From: Malacoraja senta
Lineage: Eukaryota
Length of the DNA stretch: 64,000 bases
Direction: 5' to 3'
NCBI GenBank assembly: GCA_038087875.1
Contig: JAXLNO010000264.1
Coordinates: forward strand, 1 to 64,000
Part shown: positions 53,959 through 64,000 of the stretch, one piece after another
Layout: every line of letters starts with the position of its first letter
Numbering within the stretch: the first letter of the stretch is position 1
Translations under genes and position numbers: made by a program
The notes under the pieces: model-generated
What the model was told of the DNA's origin: nothing
Database searches by the model: none
The model's input: only the letters and a program-made list of their open reading frames with translations

Positions 53959-56346
53959 CTAGATTGAGACCCTCACACTCCCCGTAGACTTAAAAACTCT
54001 CCCTCTGAGGAACACCAAAAAGTCCCCAAACTGGCTCTTCTCAGAGTCAGGAAGATCACTACCCTTGTTGCCAAGGTTAGCCTCGAGAGTCTTAATCAAA
54101 ACTGGCAGATCAGCCCACCGTCTTTTAACAGCATCCATTTGTGTTCTGCTGGTACGGCTTGTTTTTAGGAATTCTCGAACCTCACGGATATCACTTGCAT
54201 GAGACTCAGCCTTGGAGCCTGAGCACTCGGCCAACTCACTCGCACCTGCAACAACAAGCTCAACACCACAATAGTCAAGGTTGTTGTCAGAAATCAAAAG
54301 ACCAGAACTCTCTGAAAGTTCGTTAACTCCACTACTCGAACTGGCCTTAGCACTCTCCCCCTCCTCCAGCAAGACACCACCCCCAGGATCAATGCCGGGG
54401 AAGGGTCCCGAAACCCCTGACTGCAACAGGCAGCCCACTGAATGGCTGAGCACCTGCACTCTACCATCACCCTCTACGTCTGGGCCTGGGGAAGAAAAAA
54501 CACTAGGCACCCCCAGGGCCTGTGATACACTGGCACCCCCGGAATCTGAAAGGAGATCACCACCCGAACTAGCCCTGACCTCCACAGCACCTATAGCTTC
54601 CCCTCCACTGGCAACACCCAGAGGCTCTCCACTTTCTTTTAAACTCTCCCCTACCAACTCAGCCGGTGAGGCAGCACACCCCCCATTACCTCCACTGGCT
54701 CTGATGAGGAGCACAGACTGGTACACCATTGCCCCCGACCCACACCCCTCGGGCTGACTCTGCTCATCCCCCGTCTCAGGGGGCACACTACTAAGGGCAC
54801 CTACCCCATCATCTGACGTGCCAACACCCTCAATAGGCCTCTGAAACGAGGGGACCTCCTCCGACCCAGAGGACACACACCCAGGGGAGCTAACCTCACC
54901 ACCCGATGAGATAACTCCCTCGGAGAGCCCCTGAGATGAAGGGACATCCACCCGCCCATAGGACACAACTCCAGTGGAATCAACCCTATCACCCGGTCTT
55001 GTAATCCCCGCGGAAGATCCCTGAAATGGAGGCTCAACCTCCAACCCGGAAGACACCAGTTCTTGACCACCAACCACATCAGTGGTGGAAGATCTGGAAA
55101 AAGTCATCCCCCTAACTTTGGACTCACGCCCTTGCTCTTCCTCGCTAGGCCCAAACCTCCTTTTTGTCCCACTAGCATGCGGCGGTACGGTGACCTCCAT
55201 AAAGGAAGGGTCTTCCTCCTCCACACTAACCCCAGCCACTTTACCACCCGCACGATTTACCATCCCTACCCCCACCTGAACCACCTCAGCTCCTTGCTGG
55301 GCCACGGCAAGTGCACTCTGGACCTCACTGGAGCTGACAGGCGCCCCTTGGGTGGTCTCAGATTGCGTTTGACTCACTTGAGTGGGCTTTTTCCTCCTCC
55401 TCTTCTTCTTCTGCTGCTCCATTTCCCCTCCCCCTCTTCATCCTCCCCCTGCGCCTCACCATCAGCCACCACCACCTCCACAGGTACAGGACTTAGGGGC
55501 CGGGGGCCATCTCTGCCCCGGGTCCCCAAGGCGGAACCTGCAGCCCCAGATGGGCTATCACTGCCGCCCCGGATCACCGAGGCAGAGCTAGCAGCCCTAG
55601 CCAGGTCAGCAGTACCACCCCGCGCCACCGAGGCATGATGAGCCACTCCGGGTGGGCCAGCAGTGCATTCTTGGGCCGCTGCGCTAGAACTTCTAGCAGC
55701 GACCCCGTGAAGAAGACACTCCCTATGGAGATGTCCAAATTCACCGCACGAATGACACCGTGCCTTTCCCCAACTCCAATACACGGTTCTAGGGAGACCC
55801 TTACACTCCACCTCGAAGCTCCCCTCTGCGCCTTCGCCCTCACCTACCTTCATAAACACCCTCCTCTTGAAACTGAAGATCCCTCTTTCCTCCGGGTCCC
55901 CCCCGAGGTGCATGAGCCTAAAGCACTTAGACCGCACCTCCCCAAACTTAGACAGGTGTGGAATAAGTGTTGCATCCGAAATATATGTGGGGCAACTTCG
56001 CAGGAGAACCGGTCTCACCCTAGATACCCACGGATCCACCTGTATGTGGACCCCCCCCCACTGAGATCCCCCTCTCCAACGCTATGGCCACATCCTCCCG
56101 GGTCTTTAGTATCATCTCCACCTTTCCTCTTTCGAGCTCGGAAGAGACAATAGCCCGCCCCCCAAGAAGCTCATTCATGGCCTTTGTAATTGCTCCCCTG
56201 GACATCTGGGGCCCATTTTGGACCGAGATACCAAAACCGTCCCAATCCAAATCAACATAAGGCTCATACTCAGATGGCCTCGCATCCGCCGCTGATGCCA
56301 CCCCTGCGTAGCTCCGGTTCTTTGGCCGCGCCCCAGCCATCGCCAT
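53959..56346 (-). pseudogene. Tx1 ORF1 (gag-like, CCHC knuckle, long low-complexity C-terminus), two frameshifts
   Basis: RSYAGVAS N-terminus, P.YISD..L.PHLSKFGEV, CHSCGEFGH..REC. Confidence 0.8.
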
Positions 56347-56868
56347 TCTGACAGAGGCACAAACCAGCTCCAGGCAGCCCAGCAGCTCAGCTCCAAGTTA
56401 AGTCCCAAAGACAGTCACAGTCAAAGACAAGTAGCAGAAATCAGAAGCCTCCAGCTGAAGCAGGAAAGTCCCCAAGTACGTCCACAGCCGAGAGCAGCTC
56501 TTGGGAAGCTCTATCCCAGTCTTGCCAGAAGCAAAAGTACCATCTTCACATTAAGCCAGGCAGCCACACTGTGCAAAATGACTTTGGGGCAGAGAAATGG
56601 TGCTAAAAACGACAAAACACCACAATCTTCATACCCTCGATCTCCAGGCACTCTTGGCAGTCCGCCAACGACAACCGCACCCTCGACAATGTAGAGAAAA
56701 CTCAGGAATTTTCACACTCGTGGAGGATTCCTAGAGCAGAGGAAAGTTTCAACAGTCCAACGATAAGTTAAACTATGAAGCCCCTCTGCCTCTGTTCCTT
56801 CTCCATCGACAAAATCCTTGAAAGGCTGCTTCAAACCTTCTCAACTGCAGAGCTGAAAAAGCACAGCC

Positions 56869-57205
56869 TCTCTCTCTCTCACTCTCTCTCTCTCTCTCTC
56901 TCTCTCTCCCCCTCTCTCCTTCATACAGTCAGAGGTTCACACTGTCTCTGTCTCTCTCTCTCCCCCCTACACACACACACACAGACTGAGGTACACACTG
57001 CCCGTTGTGTGTGTGTGTCTGCCTCTGTCTCTCTCTCCCACACACACACAGTTAAAGGTACTCCACGCTGCCTGTGTGTGTGTGTATCTCTCTCTCTCTC
57101 TGTCCCAACCCCCACACCCACACACAGTCAGTCAGTCAGAGGAACTCCACACTGTGTATGTGTGGGTGTGCCTCTGTCTCTCCCTATCACAGTCAGAGTG
57201 AGGTA
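56869..57205. repeat. (TC)n/(CA)n composite minisatellite, continued at about 47110-47477
   Basis: Recurring cacacacagtcagaggtac(a/t)ccacactg + (TG)n(TC)n units on both sides of the Tx1. Confidence 0.75.
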
Positions 57206-57919
57206 CTCCCCCCGCAGTCTCTCCGCGGGCTCTCCCCGGGCAGGGCGCATCTGCCTCAGGCTGGCCAGGCAATCAGACATGACTCCGGTGGCGGGCTCCA
57301 TGCACAGCTCCTGCCGGCCAGCTGGGAGCGGCGACGGAGACAGGGGGAAGTTGTCCACCAGCGGGGCAGTCTCGGCTCTCCATGCAGTCCGAGTCTCGCT
57401 GGATCCTCGTAATCCTCTGCCCCACCTCAACTCACGCCTGGGCACCAAAGCAGCTCAGGAGGCGAACCCTGAGCTCCGTCTCCCAACAATCTGATGTGCG
57501 CATCCGTGCACATTCAAAGATTTCATCTCCAGTCTCCCCGCAGTGTGTAGACCTGGCAGTAAATTCAATTAAAATATAGCAAACCTCCGCCTGCTGGTCT
57601 TCTAACTACATGATGTGTGTTTCAAACAAATCATCAGTATAACTGCTCTGGCACTGGACATTTTCCCTTTGAAGGTCACATCAATAGATGCAGCCTTCAA
57701 AGCCACAGGATGGAGATGTTGCTTATTAAAACAGCCCTTCATTGAAGGTTGGCTCAAGAGTAACTCGGGAAAGGAACTTGTTAACTCGGGAGACGAACTT
57801 GGAACATTGCAGAAATGACATTTAATGGCAAACTTGAGTCATACCCGTGGGAACTCGGTTAAACTCTTGATCATACACTTGGAATCTCATGCACAACCAC
57901 GAGTCTTTCGCTCGGGGTA

Positions 57920-58269
57920 CATAGAAATATAGAAACATAGAAAATAGGTGCAGGAGTAGGCCATTCGGCCCTTCGAGCCTGAACCGCCATTTGATATGAT
58001 CATGGCTGATCATCCAACTCAGTATCCCATCCCTGCCTTCTCTCCATACCCCCTGATCCCTTTTGCCACAAGGGCCACATCTAACTCCCTCTTAAATATA
58101 ACCAGTGAACTGGCCTCAACTACCTTCTGTGGCAGAGAATTCCACAGATTCACCAATCTCTGTGTAAAAAATGATTTCCTCATCTCAGTCCTAAAAGTCT
58201 TCCCTCTTATCCTTAAACTGTGACCCCTAGTTCTGGACTTCCCCAACATCGGGAATAATCTTCCTGCAT
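57920..58269 (-). mobile_element. Young CR1 3' fragment just inside the right TIR
   Basis: AGRLFPMLGKSRTRGHSL..FFTQRLVNLWNSLP; (catagaaa) tail. Confidence 0.9.
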
Positions 58270-58679
58270 GGGAACCTCGTGGGTCAACTCGCACCGTGAG
58301 ACAGGGCTTTTCGTCAGACAAAGAATTACATGACTCATTTATTTACCAATCAATCAGTCAAGATAGCATTTTTAATAGAAAGACAGTCTATTCAGGTTAA
58401 ATATATATATATATATGAAGCGTTGCAATGCCACAGATTAAGTATATTTAAAATATTATTAATTTGTTGTACATTTGTTGGATGAGTTATCTTGAGGGAA
58501 TTTTCCATCGTCAAATTACAGAAAGGGCCTGTTTTCATACAGTTCTCACTTTGAGAAGTGCAGCAAAATCAAACATACCTTTTAAACAATGAAGGAGTCT
58601 GTGGGAATGTCACCAATGCTTTTGTGTCATCGAAAGCACAGTGTCAAGTTGTATCACAGCTTGGGTTGACTACAGCTCC

Positions 58680-59190
58680 ACCCAAGACCGCAAGAAATAA
58701 CAGAGTTGTGGATGTAGCCCAGTCCATCACTCAGACCAGGCTTCCCACCATTAACTTCATCTCCATTTTATACTGCATCGGGAGGGCATCCAATATAATC
58801 AAGGACCTTCCCCAACCAGGTCATTCACTTTTTTCGCTACTCCCAATGGGCAATAGATACAAATGCTCGAAAGCAAGTACAACCAGATTCAGGAACAGTT
58901 TCGTCCCATTGTTATCAGACTACTGAACAGTTCTCCTATTAGCTCAAGTTTAATCCCAATCCTCCAACCTACCTCATTGCGGACATTGGAGTTTTTCTCT
59001 GGAACTTTAACAATAGAACACTGAAAGCTATAGTCAGCACTCTTGTATTTTTTATCTTCACTCTACATACTATATTTGTGTATGGCTTGATTGTATTCAT
59101 GAAGAGTATTATCTGATTTAATTGGATTGGACTTAAATGTTTTTCACTGCACCTCGCTACATGTGACAATAATAAACCAATACCACTACC
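58680..59190 (+). mobile_element. Old Rex1-like LINE 3' fragment
   Basis: RASNIIKD..PGHSLFSLLP.G.RY....TTRFRNSF; AATAAA followed by a short-repeat tail. Confidence 0.65.
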
Positions 59191-59859
59191 AAAGCTTTAA
59201 GTACATCCTGAACCTTTTCCTCTGTCCAGCCGATAATCTCTTCCCAGGACAGAGATCAGAATTAACATCTGTTTTGGTGTCAGGCAGGTGAACAGGTGAC
59301 ACCAACATGCACCAATACCAATCGAAAGGAAGTAGCTTTCCTGTATTTACTTATTTCAAATTCTCTGTCATTTTGAATCATTTTCTCAAATATCTTTTGA
59401 TTTTCTCCATACAATGAAAAATATATTTTAAAAATATGACACAATGGAGAAAGCAGTGTGTGGGAACAGGTATTATGTCTTTATTGGTGTGCAAAGATGT
59501 GGCTACATGCAGGGATGGTTGTAGATTGCAACCCCCAACACCAAAATAAAAGTTGTAAAACCGGCAGCTAAAAGCTTGCAAAAAGATGCATTAATGCAGA
59601 GATAGCAAGCAATCAGAGGATCTTAACGAGAGATGTATAATAGCTGAACATCCTGAAAATACATTATGGCTATTTGGAGGAGAGAGAGGCTGGAGAGAGC
59701 ATGGTTGCCATGGCCGTCCAAAGGGAGGGGTGCGATGGTTGCGGTCGCACCTCCCTCTTTTTCCAGAGTAAATAAATTAAAAAATTGGGGTGCATATTTT
59801 TTTATTCTACACCTCACAGATGGAGCCTTGCCTTTGGGCTCCTTGTGCACCCTGGGATG

Positions 59860-62800
59860 CTGCTGGCGTGGCGACTGGGGGAGGGAGAGAGGAGAGAGGC
59901 CGGGGAGGGGAGAGGAGGGTGGGCGAGAGGAGGAGAGGAGAGAGAAGGGGGGAGAGAGGGGGGAGGAGGGAGGGGGGAGAGGAGCAGCGGGCAGTGCGGA
60001 GCGAGCAGCATGGAGCGGGCTGCGTGGAGCGGACAGCGTGGAGCGGACAGCGGGGCACGGGCGTCAACCAAAGGAGGAGGGAGGGGTGTGGAGGGGGGGG
60101 GGGCGACGACACTCGCAGTGCGAGCAAGGTTTTTTGAAGATTTTCATTAATAACTCGAGAAATAAAGCATGACATTTTCAGATAAGGCGATTTTGGACTA
60201 CAGGGGAAAAATCTCTACCGGAATATTAAACATTTTACCGTTAGCATGTCGTTTTTTCGAGAAGATGTGATTATGCACAAACAAACACACACACGAACAA
60301 ACACACACATATCCAAGATCAGACTTTTAATAGTTACTAGACCAAGTGGAACCCGTTGGGTCTCATCCCTCAACGCGCGGTTGCGGGGGGGAGGGGGATG
60401 GCCTGTGGCCTCACAAACACACTAACCACCTCCTTCAATTATATTAATATTATTCATTCGCTCCTTTTACCTCATCCCCGCCTTATCCACTCACGCATAG
60501 CTCCCCAACTCTCAGGCGTGTCTAGAGAGGGAGAAGGAGGGGGGGTAGAGAGAGGGCAGAGAGAGAGGGGGCAGAGACAGAGAGAGAGAGAGGGGCAGAC
60601 AGAGAGAGGGGCAGAGACAGAGAGAGCGGGATGAGAGGGAAGGGTGGGAGAGAGGGGAGGAGAGAGGGGGGAGAGAGAGGGGGGGGGAAGAGAGGGGGGA
60701 AGGCCCGGGCCTCCCCCCCTCCATCTTCCCCCCCTCTCCCCCCCTCTCTCTCTCCCCCCTCTCGCTCCCACCCTCTCTCTCATCCCGCTCTCTCTGTCGC
60801 TCCCCCCCTCTCTCTCATCCCCCACTCTTGGGGGGGAGAGAGGGGAGGAGAGGGAGAAAGAGAGGGAGAGAAAGAAGGGGACAGAGAGAGGGGAGAGAGT
60901 GAGGAGAGGGAGAGGGGTGAGAGAGAGGGGGGGAGAGAGAGAGGGGGGAGAGAGAGGGGGGGAGAGAGGGGGGGATAGAGAGGGGGGGAAGAGAGTGGGG
61001 GCCTGGGCTGAGCTGAGGGATGGAGAGAGGGGAGGAGAGAGGGGGGGAGAGAGGGGGGGAGAGAGAGGGGGGTGGAGAGAGAGGGGGAGAGAGGGGGGAG
61101 AGAGAGGGGGGGAGAGAGAGGTAGAGAGAGGGGCGAGAGAGGGGGGAGAGATGTGAGGAGAGTGAGGGGGAGAGAGTGAGGAGGGAGGGAGAGAGGGAGA
61201 AGGGAGGGAGAAGGAGAGGGGATGGGGGAGAGAGGGGAGGTAGAGAGAGGGGATGGGGAGAGAGGGGAGGGGGATAGACCCGAGCCAAGGCGCGAGTGGG
61301 TTCCTGGTTTCTTGTTTTCTTGGTCCTCCAAATATTCCAAATGGAATTTTAAACTGGAGGTGGCCGAGCGAGCGTCGACCAAATGAGCACCGGTTGGGCC
61401 TGCACAGTCTTCAGCTGTGATCTTTGGTCTTCAGTCGACAGGGCGACTTTTGAACAACACAATTTTCAGGTAAGCCGATTTCGGACTCCAGCGGGTAAAT
61501 CTCTACCAGAATATGTAAAAATGTTCCCGTTCGCACGTCCTTTTTTCGAGAAGATGTGAAAACACACAAACAAATAAATAAATACACACACACACACATC
61601 CAAGCAGAGTTTTATAGTTATAACTAGGCCAAGGGCAGACTAGTTGGGTCTGGACACCGAACGTGCATTTGCGGGGGGGGGGGGGGGAGGCTGTGGCGTC
61701 ACACTAACCACCCCCTTTCCTCCGAAGCACGGAATCTGGCACCCAGAAACACACACACTCATCACATGTTCTTCTTTTATCCCATCTCCACCTTATCCAC
61801 TGAAGAATAGCCCTCACCTCTCAGATGCGTCTAGAGGGGTTGGGGCAGAGGAAAATTTAATGTTAGAAAAAAAAAATTTGAAGACGGGGAGGAGGAGGGT
61901 GGAGAGGAAGGGGGAGAGATGAGAGGGGTGGAGAGAGGAAGGAGAGGATGGGGGAGAGAGGTGAAGGGGGGGGGGGTTGGAGCGGGCCTGCATGAGTCGA
62001 GACGCGGGCTGTGAAGAGAGAAGGGCAGAGAGAGAGAGAGAGAGAGCGGGGAGAGACAGAGAGACTGGTACACAAAAAAAAGCTTGAGAAACACAGCGGG
62101 TGCAGCAGCATCTATGGAGCGAAGGAAATAGGCAACGCTTTGTGCCGAAGCCCATCCTCAGATGGGTTTTCTTTCGAAACGTTGCCTATTTCCTTCGATC
62201 CATAGATGATGCTGCACCCACTGAGGTTATACAGCTTTTTTTTGTGTATCTTCGATTTTCCAGCATGTGCAGTTCCGTCTTAAAGACAGATAGACTGTTG
62301 GCGGGCTGTTTTCCCAACGCGCGTTTGCGGGAAGGAGGGGGGCTGCGGCATCACACTCACACTAACCACCCCCCAAACACAGGCGGGGAGAGGAAGACGG
62401 GGTGGGGAGAGAAAAGGGGAGAGGGAGACGGGGTGGGGAGAGAAGAGGGGAGAGGGAGGGAGGGGAGAGGGGGAGGAGAAAAGGGGAGAGATTGGTGAGG
62501 GAGAAGAGAGCAGGGTGGGGGAGAGGGAGGGGGAGGAGAGTGGGGAGTGGTAGGAGAGTGGGGAGGGCAGGAAGGGGGGAGAGGGGGGGAGGGGATGTTA
62601 GAGGTGGAGAGAGGTGATGAGGGGAAGGGGAGAGGAGTAGGGGAAGAGAGGAAGAGAGGGAGAGAGGGAGGGTGGAGGGAGAGAGGTGGGGGAGGGAGAG
62701 GGAAAGAGTGGGGAGTGAGGGGCAGAGGGGTAGCGGGGAGTGGTGCAAGAGAGAGGGGAAGGGGGTGGGGGGGAGATGGGGATGAAGAGGGGTGGTGGAG

Positions 62801-63916
62801 GGGGAAGAGAGGGTGTGGGAGGGGAGGGAGGGGGAGAGGAGAGAGGGGGATGAGAGGGGAGGGAAAGTGGAAGTAGGAGGGGTAGGGACAGTCCATCTGT
62901 TCCCCATTCCCTATCACCCCCAATCCTCTTTCTCTATTCCCACACACATGACGACGCCCTTCGACACAGGCTGCGGGGGTGGGGGGAGGGGCTGGGGCTG
63001 TGGCTGCTGGAAAGGCATATGTAAATTGATCCATTCCGATTGGACATCTGTGAGCATCGGGCATTGTGACATCACACAACGGAATCTTTACTAACATTCT
63101 ATGGCTGAGAGCTGTTTTTTTAAAACATTTTGAAATGTTTGGGAGGGGGGGAGAAGTATTTTATTTAAAAAAGTGTACATAAACACGACCAAATTTAATC
63201 AGGTGTGTCTATTTGTAAAGATAAATGTAATCTGTTTAGAAATGGGTAAAAATATCGGCGTTTCCGCGTGCTGTGTGGGCCTAGGGCTGTATCAAAGGGG
63301 ATTTGTGACACAAGTCAGGCGGATGGCAGCCACAGAGTTTTAATATAATACTAGACCAAGTGCAGACCCGTTGGGTCTGGACACCGAACATGCTTAAGAC
63401 CCCGGGGTGTGAGATCCCGAAAGTGCTTCAGACCCCGGGATGAAAATCATTAGCGGAAAAAAACCCAGAACATTTTCAGACCCCGGGGTGAAAATTCAGA
63501 ACGTGCTTCAGACCCCTGGACACTGAACGTGCTTCAGAACCCGGGGTTTTAGAGTCCGAACGTGATTCATACACAGGGTTGAAAATTGCTAGCGAAAAAA
63601 AGATGGCGTCATTTTCGGAGCAGAGGCGGTCGACAGCAGCCGTTATGGTGGTGACCAGCAGGAGGAGACATAATGAGTGAGTGGGGGGGGGGGTGATGTA
63701 TTTTATTAAAAAATGTGTACATAAACAGGAAGAAATTTAATCAGGAGTGTCTATTCGTAAAGATAAATGTAATCTCTTTAGAAATGGTATAAAATATCGG
63801 CGTTTCCGCGTGCTGTGTGGGCCTAGGGCGGTATCAAAGGGGATTTGTGACAAGTCAGGCGGATGGCAGCCAGAAGTCAGGCGGATGGCAGCCAGAGAGT
63901 TTTAATATAATATAGA
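59860..63916 (-). mobile_element. Head-to-tail array of non-autonomous Helitron units
   Basis: Hairpin+CTAG 3' ends at 60337, 61624 and 63351, each directly adjoining a 5'-end motif (agttttaata/agacttttaata) also seen in the Helitron at 2909-4306. Left boundary uncertain. Confidence 0.75.
60525..61280. repeat. Purine-rich (G/A) low-complexity tract; another at about 62385-62890
   Basis: Almost pure G/A with an inverted C/T block at about 60710-60825. Confidence 0.9.
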
Positions 63917-63961
63917 TATAGATAGATAGATATTATGATAGATAGATAGATAGATAGATAT

Positions 63962-64000
<39 letters not shown>
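63913..64000. repeat. (GATA)n microsatellite
   Basis: Directly visible; runs to the window end. Confidence 0.97.

Larger units (their letters stand above)
47478..56868 (-). mobile_element. Full-length Tx1-clade LINE inserted in a (TC)-rich tract
   Basis: ORF1 with CHSCGEFGHLHREC knuckle; ORF2 EN (LNLNG, FLQETH, GGDFN, SRIDRIY, SDH), RT (SLDQEKAFD, QGCPMS, YADD) and CNFC..ETVFH..EC. AATAAA and A-rich tail at about 47480-47530; the 5' end abuts (TC)n. Exact ends approximate. Confidence 0.9.
46592..58310. mobile_element. TIR-bounded non-autonomous DNA transposon (Harbinger-like?) hosting nested LINEs
   Basis: 41-bp inverted repeats at 46592-46632 and 58270-58310 with 3 mismatches; shared subterminal ggaactc/gttaactc motifs. 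No clean TSD and no transposase seen. Confidence 0.7.

Noticed and set aside
56775..57494. 239-aa + strand ORF
   Set aside because: It spans the Tx1 5'UTR in antisense and dinucleotide repeats; no recognisable domain.
59666..63097. Many Gly/Glu/Arg- or Pro/Leu/Ser-rich ORFs
   Set aside because: These are artefacts of stop-free G/A low-complexity DNA.

Overview
Eukaryotic (vertebrate) genomic DNA. The repeat landscape suggests a cartilaginous fish such as a skate or ray, but this is inference only. Positions 1-32.5 kb hold the 3' part of a ZAP70 tyrosine kinase gene on the + strand: 10 coding exons rebuilt by hand with GT-AG boundaries and continuous phase, running from the C-SH2 domain through interdomain B and the kinase to the stop at 32284-32286. 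The rest is a transposon archive. It includes a full-length L1 with TSD, hit by two CR1 insertions and an endonuclease deletion; a TIR-bounded DNA element (46.6-58.3 kb) containing a full-length Tx1-clade LINE that in turn contains a CR1; and composite and head-to-tail Helitrons. It also holds a hAT MITE, a solo LTR, Rex1 fragments, tRNA-SINEs and Penelope-type repeats with hammerhead ribozyme cores. The best leads are: (1) a spliced exon resembling a Spindlin/Tudor-like domain inside a DNA transposon in a ZAP70 intron, (2) a Tx1 ORF2 that follows ORF1 in frame across a single TAG with no AUG, and (3) the Helitron concatemer. No CRISPR or prokaryotic system is present, and I cannot establish from sequence alone that any lead is truly undescribed.
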